Shown here: positions 24,843 through 34,931 of the stretch, one piece after another
Position numbering within the stretch: position 1 is the first letter of the stretch
Layout of the letters: each line of letters starts with the position of its first letter
From: an uncultured Clostridia bacterium
GTDB taxonomy: Bacteria; Bacillota; Clostridia; Christensenellales; Aristaeellaceae
Assembly (NCBI GenBank): GCA_937874275.1
Contig: CALNAU010000101.1
Span: forward strand, 9,288-73,287
Direction of reading: 5' to 3'
Length of the DNA: 64,000 nt
The notes under the pieces: model-generated
Database searches by the model: none
Told to the model about the DNA's origin: nothing
The model's input: only the letters and a program-made list of their open reading frames with translations
Position numbers and translations under genes: made by a program

Positions 24843-25718
24843 ATGAAAATGAAAGAGGTGCAGGCGCAAACCGGCCTGAGCCGCAAGGCCATCGCGTACT
24901 ATCAGCAAAAGGGATTGATTGAGCCGGTGGTGGGGGAAAATGCCTACCGGGATTTTTCGCCCGAACAGGTGGAACGCCTGCGGCAGGTTGCCTTTCTGCG
25001 CGATTTGGACCTGTCGGTGGAGGAGATTGCCCGCGTGCTGACAGAAGACGGGGGCCAGGCCGCCCTGGGGGATGTGCTGCGCGAGCGGGCGCTGCGGGAT
25101 GACCGGCAGCGCCGCAAACAGGCGATATTGGAACACTATGCCCGCCAGGGATACAGCGCGGAGATGCGCCGGGCGCTGGACGCCCTCCTACGGGAAGAGT
25201 CGGTGGCCCGCCGCTTTGAGCGCCTGCTGCCCGGCACCTTCGGGCAGATGGTGCTGGTTAACTTGCTGCCCTATTTGCAGCAGCCGTTGACCACCCCGGC
25301 GCAGGAGGAAGCCTTTGAGCAAATGCTTTCGGTGCTGGATGATATGCCACCGCTGACGCTGCCCAATGACCTGCGCGACTTTGTGGAACAGGCCGGGCAG
25401 GATATGCCGCTTGACCTGATGCAGAAAACAGCGCAGCACAAGGCGGACGCCGTGCGGGATGTGGACCGCTGGCTGGAGGATAACCGGGACATGGTGGCCC
25501 AATACCTGGCTTGGCGGCAGTCGCCCGAATACGAGGCATCGCCCGCGGCACGGCTGTCGCAGGTACTCAAAGCGTATTTTGACGAGCACGGCTACTACGC
25601 GCGGGTCATTCCCCTGATGCGCCGGCTGAGCCCGGCCTATGATGCGTATGTTCGACAGATGTTGGCCGCCAATGAGCGGCTGATGGAACAGGTGCCCCAG
25701 AGCAAAGCCCTACTGTGA
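24843..25718 (+). CDS. MerR family transcriptional regulator with ~200-aa C-terminal domain of unknown function
   Basis: 291 aa. MerR HTH motif MKEVQAQTGLSRKAIAYYQQKGLI ... FLRDLDLSVEEI. Confidence 0.75.
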   Translation: MKMKEVQAQTGLSRKAIAYYQQKGLIEPVVGENAYRDFSPEQVERLRQVAFLRDLDLSVEEIARVLTEDGGQAALGDVLRERALRDDRQRRKQAILEHYARQGYSAEMRRALDALLREESVARRFERLLPGTFGQMVLVNLLPYLQQPLTTPAQEEAFEQMLSVLDDMPPLTLPNDLRDFVEQAGQDMPLDLMQKTAQHKADAVRDVDRWLEDNRDMVAQYLAWRQSPEYEASPAARLSQVLKAYFDEHGYYARVIPLMRRLSPAYDAYVRQMLAANERLMEQVPQSKALL

Positions 25719-26606
25719 CGCCTGTTCCGGCAGCGGCGGCGGCATGCGCCTCGCCCATGCCCTGTCCTGCCACAGGCTCAGCACCAGGCCGGCCAGCACA
25801 AACAGGCCGCCCAGCAGATTGCGCGCCGAAAAGGCGCCCGACAGCGCCATATCCAGCAACAGGCCTGCCATCACCTGGCCCACAAACAGCGCCAGGGTCA
25901 TATAAAACGAGGGAATCTTGCCCACGATGAAGTTGCTCATCAGCACGATGATGACGCCCAGCGCGCCGCCCAGGTAGATGTAGAGGGGGCCGCCGGTGGA
26001 TTGCGCCAGCCCGGTCATGCCGTTGCCCATCAGGGCGTAGAGGAGGGCGGTCATCAGCAGGCCCATCAGGTAGTTGAAAAATGTGCTGTTGACCACGCTG
26101 GTGCGGGCGGCCAGCTGACCGTTGAGCAGGCGGCTTAGCAGCACCGTGCCGCCCGCCAGCAGCGAGACCGCGACCGGCAGCGCGTGAAGCTCGGTGATCA
26201 TGCAGACGATGCCAATCAGCGTCAGCGCGATGCCCCACAGCTTTTCCGGGCGGAAGGGGCGGCGGGGCAGGCCCAGGATGCCGTAGTGGTCAGCGGCCAG
26301 GCCGGACAGGCTCTCGCCCAGCAGGCCCAGCGCCATCATGGCGGATACGCTAATGTGGCCGAAGGCCAGGTTGTTAAATACCGTGGTCATCACCCCGATG
26401 AACCCGCCGATATACAGGTAAAAGGGCAGTCGCGCCACACGCGGCCCTTCTTTTTTGAGCAGCATGGCCAGCGCGATGCCCAGCGTGCCCACCAGGTGAA
26501 TCACCACCAACGCAGCCAGGTGCCCGGCCCGGGCATTGAGCCCGCCGTTGAAGACCACCATGACCGATATCAGCACCCCGGCCAGCAGGGACAGCAGGTA
26601 GAGCAT
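25710..26606 (-). CDS. DMT-superfamily membrane transporter (two fused DUF606/YdcZ-like repeats)
   Basis: Track ORF 25710..26684 trimmed to ATG 26606. About 10 TM helices. The two halves resemble each other (VFNGGLNAR... and FNYLMGLL...). Confidence 0.6.
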   Translation of the reverse strand: MLYLLSLLAGVLISVMVVFNGGLNARAGHLAALVVIHLVGTLGIALAMLLKKEGPRVARLPFYLYIGGFIGVMTTVFNNLAFGHISVSAMMALGLLGESLSGLAADHYGILGLPRRPFRPEKLWGIALTLIGIVCMITELHALPVAVSLLAGGTVLLSRLLNGQLAARTSVVNSTFFNYLMGLLMTALLYALMGNGMTGLAQSTGGPLYIYLGGALGVIIVLMSNFIVGKIPSFYMTLALFVGQVMAGLLLDMALSGAFSARNLLGGLFVLAGLVLSLWQDRAWARRMPPPLPEQASQ

Positions 26607-26611
26607 AGGCG

Positions 26612-27355
26612 TTACTCCGCGGCCTGGGGCGCGAAGCCCAGCGTTCCGCCGCAATCCAGCAGCAGCTCGCCGTCCCGCTCGCACGTCATGCTGAAGCGAT
26701 TGCCTGCCCGGCGCAGCGTCAGCGTCACGGGCCCGGTGGGCAATATCTGCTGCTTGTAGTTGGCCACAAAGCGGGTGATGGGCATATCGCGCAGCACATC
26801 CGCGCCCAGCAGGTCACAGGCCCAGTCGGCGCAGCGGGTGTTGTTTACGTGCTGGTTGACGTCGATGTCGGTGTAGCGCAGGTCGATGACGCGGGTAATT
26901 GCCTCCCCCTCCACATGCTCCACCGCGCGGGGAAAGGGCACCGGCCGCGGCAGGTCGGAGGTGTTGGGCATGTTGCGGGCGATGTCCGGCACATCGGCCA
27001 TGCGCTGGGTGTGGATGTTGGCCAGCGTCCACCCGCCCACACCGGTGGCCAGCAGCGTGCCGTCCTCCAACGTAAACCGGTGATAGCGCGGGTACAGCGT
27101 GCGCCGCGCGGGGCCGGGGTAGGTGGTGCAGACAATCACATCGTTCACCCGCGGCATGCGCAGGATATCCACCTCGTTGCGCGCCAGCACCCAGATGACA
27201 TCCTGCTTAAGCAGGTCTTCCCGCCCGCAGCCCAGCAGCAGGGAGTGGCGTCCGGCCAGCTCCTGCATGGCGGTCATCAGCTCGCCGGGCTTCCAGTGGC
27301 CATAGCGGTCGGCATAGCTGGAGAAGTAGAGCATCCGTTCGGTCAACACGCGCAT
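26612..27355 (-). CDS. acyl-[acyl-carrier-protein] thioesterase
   Basis: Track ORF 26612..27397 trimmed to ATG 27355 behind CAGGAGGCAG. Double hot-dog fold FatA/B-like sequence (DVIWVLARNEVDILRMP, DIDVNQHVNN). Confidence 0.7.
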   Translation of the reverse strand: MRVLTERMLYFSSYADRYGHWKPGELMTAMQELAGRHSLLLGCGREDLLKQDVIWVLARNEVDILRMPRVNDVIVCTTYPGPARRTLYPRYHRFTLEDGTLLATGVGGWTLANIHTQRMADVPDIARNMPNTSDLPRPVPFPRAVEHVEGEAITRVIDLRYTDIDVNQHVNNTRCADWACDLLGADVLRDMPITRFVANYKQQILPTGPVTLTLRRAGNRFSMTCERDGELLLDCGGTLGFAPQAAE

Positions 27356-27421
27356 GGTGGCTGCCTCCTGTGGTTGATGGTATATATCATAACGCAACCG
27401 GCGCCGAAATGTAAAACCTGA

Positions 27422-29260
27422 CTATACGCTTTGCTCCTCCACCCGCTGCGCGCGGTAGTTCTGGGCCTGGGCTTCAAATAGCTGGCGGTACAGGTTGTGC
27501 CCGCGCATCAGGTTGTGATGGCTGTCAAAGGCGGCGGCGCGCCCATCCTGCAACAGCAAAATGCGGTCGCAGAAGGTGGAGCTGCTCATCCGGTGGGAGA
27601 TGAAGATGGCGGTGCGCCCGCGCGTCAGCTGGTGGAAGTGCTCGTACACCTCGCTCTCGGCCAGAGGGTCCAGCGCCGCGGTGGGCTCGTCCAGGATTAC
27701 CATCTCGGCGGGCCTAAACAGGCTGCGGGCGATGGCCAGCTTTTGCCGCTGGCCGCCCGAAAAGTCCGTCGCGTCCTCCCAGATGGACTTATTCAGGCGG
27801 GTATCCAGGCCGTGGGGCAGGGCATCCACCGCCTCGGTCAGGCCAATTTCATTCAATACACCGCGCAGGCGCTGCTCATCGCCCGTGCCCTGCGTGTCGA
27901 TGTTGTCGCGCAGCGAGAAGGGGAACAGCCGGAAATCCTGAAACACGCAGCTGAGTTGCTTTTGCCAGGCGGCGTAGTCATACGCCCTGATATCCAGCCC
28001 GTTATACAGGATGCGCCCCTCATCGGGCTCAAACAGGCGGCAGATGAGCTTCACGATGGTGCTCTTGCCCGCGTTGTTGAGGCCCACGATGGAGATTTTC
28101 TCCCCGGCTTTGATTTCAAAGCTCAGCCCGTCCAGAATCACCCGGTCGGTGTTGGGGTAGCGGAAGCGCACGTTGTCAAAGGCCAGCGTGCGCATGGGCT
28201 CGGGGGCTGCGCCGCCGGGCTGCGCGGCCTCCGGCAACGCCAGGTATTGGCAAAACGGCACCAGATAGCCCACCGTCTGGATGGCAGAAAACAGCCCGGT
28301 CACCAGCTGCATAAAGGTGGCAAAGAAGTTTTCCGTCGCCAGCACCACCACCGAGAAATCGCCCAGGCTGATTTGCGGCCCCCATGTGGGGGTCAGCGTG
28401 CGCACGGCCGCGTAGCCATAGGCCATAAAGCGCATCAGCGCGGTAATAAGCGCCTGCATGGCCTCGTTGTTGCCCCGCCGCGCGTACATGCGGTGCAGCC
28501 AGACGGTGATTTCATCGGTATAGCCGTTCACCTTGCGGCGCATCAGTTCGCTCATGCCATACAGCCGCATCTCCTTTTGAAACTCGGCCTTTGTGGCGGT
28601 GCTGGTGTAGTAGCCGTAGCGGCGGTTGACGGGAATCATCTCCTGCATAACCCGTTGCATGTAGCGCATGAAGCGGGCCGACAGCGCCATCGCCACCGCG
28701 CACAGCACCAGCAGCGCCAGCACAAACCACCAGCTGAAGGTGACCAGCAGGGCGGCCAGGCCAACCAGCGTCAGCAGCGCCTTGAGGGTGTCCAGCGCCG
28801 AGGAAAACAGTTGCATCAGCGCGCCATAGTGGGTCACGGGGAACAGCGCGCGCTCCTTGAGGTCCAGAATCTCCGGGTCTTCCAGCGTGGGGTAGGGCAG
28901 CCGCATGGTTTTTTCGGCAAACAGCATCGGGAATAGGCTCTCCATGTGGAAGTAGTGCTCCTTCTCCCGCCGGGTGAGCCACGCGTTCGCCTGCACCATG
29001 ACGAACTTTGCCGCGGCGTACAGCAGCACCGCCTGCAGGAAGCGCCCTGCGTCCCAGCCCATCTGGATGCCGTCCAGCATCATCTTGGGCAGCAGCAGGT
29101 TGATGAGCGACGAGCCTGCGCCCGTCAGCGCCAGCAGGCACAGCACGGCGAAATAACCCCTGTCGTGCCGCCACAGGATGGCCAGCAGGGTTTTCACCGT
29201 CTTCCCGGCGGATACGGCGGGCAGGGCTCCTGCAGCCTTGTGGCTATGTTGTGTGCTCAT
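27422..29260 (-). CDS. ABC transporter ATP-binding protein/permease (exporter half-transporter)
   Basis: 612 aa: a 6-TM domain plus an NBD. Walker A GLNNAGKST, signature FSGGQRQK, Walker B MVILDEPT. 4-nt overlap with the upstream paralogue. Confidence 0.85.
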   Translation of the reverse strand: MSTQHSHKAAGALPAVSAGKTVKTLLAILWRHDRGYFAVLCLLALTGAGSSLINLLLPKMMLDGIQMGWDAGRFLQAVLLYAAAKFVMVQANAWLTRREKEHYFHMESLFPMLFAEKTMRLPYPTLEDPEILDLKERALFPVTHYGALMQLFSSALDTLKALLTLVGLAALLVTFSWWFVLALLVLCAVAMALSARFMRYMQRVMQEMIPVNRRYGYYTSTATKAEFQKEMRLYGMSELMRRKVNGYTDEITVWLHRMYARRGNNEAMQALITALMRFMAYGYAAVRTLTPTWGPQISLGDFSVVVLATENFFATFMQLVTGLFSAIQTVGYLVPFCQYLALPEAAQPGGAAPEPMRTLAFDNVRFRYPNTDRVILDGLSFEIKAGEKISIVGLNNAGKSTIVKLICRLFEPDEGRILYNGLDIRAYDYAAWQKQLSCVFQDFRLFPFSLRDNIDTQGTGDEQRLRGVLNEIGLTEAVDALPHGLDTRLNKSIWEDATDFSGGQRQKLAIARSLFRPAEMVILDEPTAALDPLAESEVYEHFHQLTRGRTAIFISHRMSSSTFCDRILLLQDGRAAAFDSHHNLMRGHNLYRQLFEAQAQNYRAQRVEEQSV

Positions 29261-31125
29261 GCCTGCGCCTCCTGGTAGTACTTGCCCTGGGTGAGGAACA
29301 TCTGCCGGTACAGCCCCGGGCGGGCAATCAGCTCCTCATGGGTGCCCTGCTGGGCCACCCTGCCGCCATCCAGCAGCACAATGCGGTCGCAAAAGCGGGT
29401 GCTGGCCAGCCTGTGGCTGATAAACAGCGCCGTGCGCCCGCGCAGCAGGCTGTCAAACTCCTGGTATATCCGCTGCTCGGCCAGGGCGTCCAGCGCCGCG
29501 GTGGGCTCGTCCATCACCATCATGCGGGTGCCCTGCCGGTACAGCGCCCGGGCAATCATCAGCTTTTGATTTTCCCCGCCCGACAGGATGACCCCATCCT
29601 CCTCAATTACCTTGAGCATGGGGCTGTCCATGCCCTTGGGCAGGCTGCGCACCTTGTCCCACAGGCCTGCGGTTTTGAGGCAGCTTTCCACCCGCGCTCG
29701 GTCGATGCCCCGGTCGGTGGCGGCCACATTCTCCGCGATGGTGAAGGCCAGGGGCTCCACCTCCTGAAACACCACGCCAAACAGGGAGAACAGCCGCTCC
29801 TGCGGGATGGTGGCCGCTTCCACACCGTTGATGAGGATGCGCCCGCCCGTGGGCAGGTACAGCCCGCACAGCAGCTTGACCAGCGTGGTCTTGCCGGCGC
29901 CGTTGACGCCCACCAAGGCACAGGTCTGCCCGGCGGGGATGTGGAGGTTTAGGTGCTGCAGCACCAGCGCGTCGTGCCCCGGGTAGTGGAAGGAGACATC
30001 CTCAAACGTCACCTCCACCGGCCCCTCACCCGGCACATCGCCCTCGCCCCCGCGGGATTGCAGGTCGGCGTCAATGAAATCCATCGTGTCATCCACATAG
30101 CGGGTCTCATCTTTGATGGAGGCCAGCTGGCGCGCCATCTCCTGCATGGTGCGGGCAAACAGGCTCAGCGCGGTGAGCAGCATCACCAATTGCGCCAGCG
30201 GTAGGCCGCCTGCCAGGTACCGGTGCACCAGCACCAGCGCGCCCACCAGGTCAATGGCGACCAGCGCCAGCGATTCGGGCACCGACAGCTGCACTTCCCG
30301 GCGGGTGAATACCCGGTACAAGGCGCGGTTGGCCTTCAGCAGCGGGGCAAAGGCCGCCTGAAAGCGCCCGCCCATGTCAAACAGGCGCAGGTCCTTGCCG
30401 GCGCGAAAGTCGGCTGCCTCCTGCGACAGGTTTTCCAGCTGCCGCGACAGGCGGCTCACCTGCTCCCGGCGCTCGTGCTTGTAGTGGGTCACATGGGCCT
30501 GCGCGGCATAGGTAATGGCCACGAAGGCCAGCCCGATCAGCGCGATCCACGGGCTTGTGAAGGCCAGCAGGCCGCCCAGCAGCAAGGCCGATACCAGCGT
30601 GCCGCCCAGCCTGAATATCTGGTGGTAGGTGCCCTCCAGCCCGCTGTCGTTGCTGCTGAGCGCGCGGTCCCAGCCGGCCACGTCGTCCTTGAAGCCCGGG
30701 TTTTCAAACAGGCCATAGTCCATGGTCATTTCCTGGTCCAGCGCCGCGTTGAGCAGCCGGATGCGCTGCGCGCAGAAGCTGGTGTAGTTGTAGTGGTTCA
30801 GCAGCGCGCTGGCCGCGCTCAGCACGAAGAACGCCCCGGCATACATGCCGGCTGCCAGCAGCATGCTCCGCGGCGTGGCGTCCGGGGCGTTCAACAGCCC
30901 AACCAGCGTGTGCATCACACCTACGCCCAGCAGCGGCAGCAGACCGGCGGTCAAGGCGTATAGTATGGATGCCACCACCAGCCGCTTGTTTTTCCGCATG
31001 GGGCGGTACATGCGCGCCAGCGTGCGCGGCAGCGTGCGGGGGCGGCTGTGTAGATGCTGTTTGCGCCTGTCCTGATCCAGCAGGTCAACGGCCAGGTTGC
31101 GGCGATGGGTGGTGGTCTGGCTCAT
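29257..31125 (-). CDS. ABC transporter ATP-binding protein/permease (exporter half-transporter)
   Basis: 622 aa. Walker A GVNGAGKTT, signature LSGGENQK, Walker B MMVMDEPT. 4-nt overlap with the upstream regulator gene. Confidence 0.85.
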   Translation of the reverse strand: MSQTTTHRRNLAVDLLDQDRRKQHLHSRPRTLPRTLARMYRPMRKNKRLVVASILYALTAGLLPLLGVGVMHTLVGLLNAPDATPRSMLLAAGMYAGAFFVLSAASALLNHYNYTSFCAQRIRLLNAALDQEMTMDYGLFENPGFKDDVAGWDRALSSNDSGLEGTYHQIFRLGGTLVSALLLGGLLAFTSPWIALIGLAFVAITYAAQAHVTHYKHERREQVSRLSRQLENLSQEAADFRAGKDLRLFDMGGRFQAAFAPLLKANRALYRVFTRREVQLSVPESLALVAIDLVGALVLVHRYLAGGLPLAQLVMLLTALSLFARTMQEMARQLASIKDETRYVDDTMDFIDADLQSRGGEGDVPGEGPVEVTFEDVSFHYPGHDALVLQHLNLHIPAGQTCALVGVNGAGKTTLVKLLCGLYLPTGGRILINGVEAATIPQERLFSLFGVVFQEVEPLAFTIAENVAATDRGIDRARVESCLKTAGLWDKVRSLPKGMDSPMLKVIEEDGVILSGGENQKLMIARALYRQGTRMMVMDEPTAALDALAEQRIYQEFDSLLRGRTALFISHRLASTRFCDRIVLLDGGRVAQQGTHEELIARPGLYRQMFLTQGKYYQEAQA

Positions 31126-32321
31126 AACGTTTCCTCTCTGGCTATATGTACCAGGGCGTTCAGGTCGCCCGTCAGGGCGGCCAGCTCATCCGCGTTGAGG
31201 TGGTAGTAGCTCTGCCGCCCCTGCGGCTGCACCCACACCAGCAGGGCGCCGGATAGTACGCGCAGGTGGTGGGACAGGGTGGCCGGCGTCAGGCCCAGCC
31301 GGTCGGCCATTTCCTGCACATAGCAGGGGCGTTGGGCCAGCATGCGCACAATGCCCATGCGGGTCGGGTCGGCCAGGGCCTTCAGTTGCTCCTGCGTCAA
31401 CCCCTCGCGGGCGCGCTGTGCGTCCTGCAGGCGGGAGAGGTCGTCAAACAGCACGCCCACATGCATCCGCTGGCGCACCGCATGCCAGGGGGACAGCTGA
31501 ATATCCAGGCCGTTATACGCAATGGCGGCGGGCCACACATGCAGCGGTGCATCCGAGGGGGCGGCGTCCTTGTCCTGGCCCATGCGCGCGAACCACTGGT
31601 AGGCCTGCTCGTCGCTGCTTTGACTATCCAGCGAGGCGGCCTTGCTCAAAAACCGGTCGGCCACCAGGGGGTAGTGGGTTCGGCAGACGGTTTCCAGCTT
31701 TGCCAGCAGCGCTGTCATACGCAGGGTCCACGCGTCCATGTCCTGAAAGAAGCGCAGCAGCGTCATGCGCTGGGCATCAGTGATTTGCACCAGGTCCACC
31801 GCCCGCATCACCTGCGCCATGGTAAATCGCGCGGGGTCGCTGACGTGATGGTATTGCGCCTGCGCCTCCTCACCCTGCAAAGAGAGATCCATCATGCCCG
31901 CCATGGCGTACAGGTGCATCAGGCAGCCCCTGATAAACAGCGGCTTGGTCAGCTGCTCGCTGCTTTCCACGTCAGTCAGCATCAGCGCGGAGGGCAGAAA
32001 CGGCTCCAGCTGCGCGTCCTCGGCCATCCCGCTCAGCCTGATTTGAAACAGCGCCCCCAGCTGTGGGTCCCCTTCCAGCAGGGGGCGCGCATTGGCCCGG
32101 CAGCGGCGCAGGTAGGCGCGCACATCGGCAAACGCGGCGTCAATCTGCTCGGGCGGCAGCGTGAAGCGCTCCGCCCGGTGAATCAGGTGCGCTTCCTCCC
32201 ACGCGGCGGGCGTCTCCATGCCCTCTGCCAGTATGGTGTAGTAGGAAAGCGCCAGCTGTACGGCCTCCGAAAGCGCGTGCGGCGCTTTGTGAACGATGAC
32301 TTGCGGGAATGCTTTTCGCAT
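31122..32321 (-). CDS. ArsR/SmtB-type HTH regulator with ~300-aa N-terminal domain of unknown function
   Basis: 399 aa. The C-terminal 90 aa form an ArsR-type winged helix (LKALADPTRMGIVRMLAQRPCYVQEMADRLGLTPATLSHHLRVL). I recognise no motif in the N-terminal part. Confidence 0.7.
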   Translation of the reverse strand: MRKAFPQVIVHKAPHALSEAVQLALSYYTILAEGMETPAAWEEAHLIHRAERFTLPPEQIDAAFADVRAYLRRCRANARPLLEGDPQLGALFQIRLSGMAEDAQLEPFLPSALMLTDVESSEQLTKPLFIRGCLMHLYAMAGMMDLSLQGEEAQAQYHHVSDPARFTMAQVMRAVDLVQITDAQRMTLLRFFQDMDAWTLRMTALLAKLETVCRTHYPLVADRFLSKAASLDSQSSDEQAYQWFARMGQDKDAAPSDAPLHVWPAAIAYNGLDIQLSPWHAVRQRMHVGVLFDDLSRLQDAQRAREGLTQEQLKALADPTRMGIVRMLAQRPCYVQEMADRLGLTPATLSHHLRVLSGALLVWVQPQGRQSYYHLNADELAALTGDLNALVHIAREETL

Positions 32322-32348
32322 AGCAGCCTCCCAAATGTTGATGAGTAC

Positions 32349-32377
32349 ATGGTAATTGATTATTAGATAACTGTCAA
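32349..32377 (-). promoter_or_regulatory. predicted promoter of the ArsR-ABC-ABC operon
   Basis: Minus strand: TTGACA (32377-72), 17-nt spacer, TACCAT (32354-49). A GGGAGG RBS follows. Confidence 0.4.
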
Positions 32378-32392
32378 CATGTTATATTGGAT

Positions 32393-32425
32393 AAAAAAAC
32401 GACCCCGCGGCGTGCGCAGGGTCGT
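32393..32425 (-). terminator. intrinsic terminator after the alpha/beta hydrolase gene
   Basis: Minus strand: ACGACCC with GGGTCGT stem (32399-405 and 32419-25), followed by a T7 run (the reverse complement of A-run 32393-99). Confidence 0.7.
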
Positions 32426-32445
32426 GATATGGGAACGTGCGATTA

Positions 32446-33822
32446 TTATTCGGCGTAGCTGTCAATCCAGCCCGCGATGTCGTTCATCACCTGCTCGGGG
32501 ATGGGCGTGCGCTGGGCATATTCCACGCTGACCAGCTGGCTGAAGGGCACGGGCTCGCCCTGATAGGCACCAAACAGGTGATTGAGGCCGGGGTAGGCGA
32601 TGAAGGTCGCGTCCGGGTGGTCCTTCAACTGCTCCTGCCAGAGGTTGTAGTCGGTCATGGAGACCTGGCGGTCATTTTCGCCATGCAGTGCCAGCAAGGG
32701 CTTGCCATCCGCCATGTGCAGCTGGGCTGCGTCCACGCCCTCCAGGTCGCGCAGGTACCAGCTGCTCAGGCCCATCACGGTGGTGGTGAGGGCCTCCTCA
32801 TCGGTCATGTCGGCCAGGCGCTTGCCCTTCTCGGTCTCCGCGGCCACAAAGGCACGGATGTCTGCCGCCTGTTTCTGATCGCCGCCATCCTCCAGTTCCT
32901 GCGCCATGGTCAGGTTTTGCTCGGCGCTCAGCTCCCACAGCTTGCGGGGCGTGCCGCCCAGCAGCACATAGCCGGCCGGGTCACCGCCCGCATGGCCGAT
33001 GGCGGCGGCCAACATGCCGCCCAGGCTGTGCCCCAGCAAAAAGACGGGCTTGCCGTCAAGCGCCGGTTGCGCCTTGAGCAGATTGAGCGCCGCCACGGCG
33101 TCCTCCACGGTCTCTTCCTTGGCGGTGATTTTGGCCGCATCCGGGCTTTGGGCGATGCGCGCGCCATAGGTGAAGGTACGCTTGTCATAGCGCAGCACGG
33201 CGATGCCCCGCTGCGCCAGGCCCCAGGCTAAGTCGCGGAAGGGCGCGTTGGCGGCCACCGACTCATCCCGGTCGGATGGGCCGCTGCCCTGTACCAGCAC
33301 CAGCCCGGCGGTCATCGGGCCCTGCTTGGGCGTGGTCATCAGGCCGGACAGGGGATAGCCCGTGCCCGCGTCCACGGTGAGGGGTGTTTCCCGCACGGTG
33401 TCGGGCATGGTTTCGGGCGGGGTGACCGCGCCCGGCGTGAAGAACAGGCCGATGATGCGATCCTGCGCGTCAAACACCGCGCGCTGCACCAGCGTCATGT
33501 TGGCAAAGCGCAGCGTCATCTCCAGCGTCTCGTAGCCGTTCTGGATGATGCTGCGGTATACCCCCTCGCCCAGGTATTCCCCGCCCAGCTGGGATACCTG
33601 CTGCCAGATGGCGGGCACCTGGCCCTTGAGCGCGGCGCTGGTGGTTTCATCCATCATGGCCAGCACCTTGTCCTCCTCGCCCTCGCGGATATGGCCCAGC
33701 AGCTGGAGGGACAGGCCGTACAGTTGCTCCGTGCGGTCGGGCGCTATCTGCGCCGATGCCGGCAGCATGGGCAGCAGCAGGAAGGTGAGCAGCAGGCAAA
33801 GCATTCGGCGGGTTTTCGTCAT
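32446..33822 (-). CDS. secreted alpha/beta hydrolase
   Basis: 458 aa. Signal peptide MTKTRRMLCLLLTFLLLPMLPASA. Nucleophile elbow GHSLGG. The N-terminal ~120-aa extra domain is unassigned. Confidence 0.7.
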   Translation of the reverse strand: MTKTRRMLCLLLTFLLLPMLPASAQIAPDRTEQLYGLSLQLLGHIREGEEDKVLAMMDETTSAALKGQVPAIWQQVSQLGGEYLGEGVYRSIIQNGYETLEMTLRFANMTLVQRAVFDAQDRIIGLFFTPGAVTPPETMPDTVRETPLTVDAGTGYPLSGLMTTPKQGPMTAGLVLVQGSGPSDRDESVAANAPFRDLAWGLAQRGIAVLRYDKRTFTYGARIAQSPDAAKITAKEETVEDAVAALNLLKAQPALDGKPVFLLGHSLGGMLAAAIGHAGGDPAGYVLLGGTPRKLWELSAEQNLTMAQELEDGGDQKQAADIRAFVAAETEKGKRLADMTDEEALTTTVMGLSSWYLRDLEGVDAAQLHMADGKPLLALHGENDRQVSMTDYNLWQEQLKDHPDATFIAYPGLNHLFGAYQGEPVPFSQLVSVEYAQRTPIPEQVMNDIAGWIDSYAE

Positions 33823-33848
33823 GGGGGCCTCCTTCTATGGGTTGCTAT

Positions 33849-34721
33849 TTATTTCAGTTGGATGGCATTCAGCGGCACGCAGCCGCGCAGCAGGCCTTGG
33901 GCGGTATTGGCTTCCACATAGGCCCAGTCCCGGTTGTTGTTCATGGGGAACAGGTAGGTCACCTGGTCGCCCTGTCGCAGCTGGGCCAGCGGCGCGCCAG
34001 CACCCACCGGGTCATCGGTGATGGGGGCGTTCTGGGTTAACACGGCGTTGGTTGGGGCATAGGCGGGGAAGGTGCCGTACACCGTGTCCTTGATGCCGCT
34101 GGCCTCGGTATAGCCCACGCGCGCAGCGCCGTTGTTGGTGCGGTAGAGCACCAGCACCCAGCCATTCTCCGTGCCGCCCACATACACCGTGCCGTTGGTG
34201 CTGGTGATGGCCTTGCCGTTGGCGCCGCGCAGGTAATGCTGGCCGGGGCCGCTGTATACCGGCAGGCGCTGGTTGGGGGTGAACAGGTACTCTTCAAACG
34301 GCCAGGGGATGTTGAGCAGGTCGGGGTCCAGGCCGGGCAGCGTCTTGCCGCCGGGGTTCTTGGTGCCCTGGTCGCGCATCTGCTGGCGCACCTGCTTGAC
34401 CAGCTGCTCGTTCTTCCACTCGAGGGTGCTCAACCGGTTGTAGCACTCGGCCTTGGTCAGCTTCGGGTTCATGCGGTACCAGCTCTGGCTGTTGAACCAC
34501 GGGGCGAACCGTCCGTCCGGGTCAAAGGGGAAGCCGTGGCGCGCGAAGATTTCGTTGAGGATGTAGGCCAGGGCATCATACTGCCATGCCCATAGCTCCG
34601 CCTCCGTGAGCAGCCGTGTGTCGCTGTCGGGGATGATGTACAGGTTGGCCGCCCGCGCCGGGGCGGGGCCCAAGCCCAGCAGCAACGCGCACAGCACCAG
34701 AAGGGCCAGCAACCGCTTCAT
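33849..34721 (-). CDS. YARHG domain-containing secreted protein with SH3b-like C-terminal repeats
   Basis: 290 aa with a signal peptide. YARHG motif region YILNEIFARHGFPFD. The C-terminal half is beta-rich and SH3-like. Confidence 0.65.
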   Translation of the reverse strand: MKRLLALLVLCALLLGLGPAPARAANLYIIPDSDTRLLTEAELWAWQYDALAYILNEIFARHGFPFDPDGRFAPWFNSQSWYRMNPKLTKAECYNRLSTLEWKNEQLVKQVRQQMRDQGTKNPGGKTLPGLDPDLLNIPWPFEEYLFTPNQRLPVYSGPGQHYLRGANGKAITSTNGTVYVGGTENGWVLVLYRTNNGAARVGYTEASGIKDTVYGTFPAYAPTNAVLTQNAPITDDPVGAGAPLAQLRQGDQVTYLFPMNNNRDWAYVEANTAQGLLRGCVPLNAIQLK

Positions 34722-34885
34722 CCGATGTTCCTCCTCCCATGGGGCAGATCATGTGTAACACTCCGATTGTTGACAGTATAACAAGGATGGGCCCATGTAA
34801 CAAGCGGTTCCCGCGTCAAACGGGTGCGCGGACGGCGATGTTGGCCAGCCTCTCGGGCAGAAAGTAGCGGGAATATTGCCCCATG

Positions 34886-34917
34886 AAAAAGCCCGGAAGC
34901 GCATGCTTTCCGGGCTT
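34886..34917 (-). terminator. intrinsic terminator after rny
   Basis: Minus strand: AAGCCCGGAAAGC, loop ATGC, GCTTCCGGGCTT, then TTTTTC. Lies 15 nt downstream of the rny stop. Confidence 0.75.
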
Positions 34918-34931
34918 AGGCAGTCGGTATC

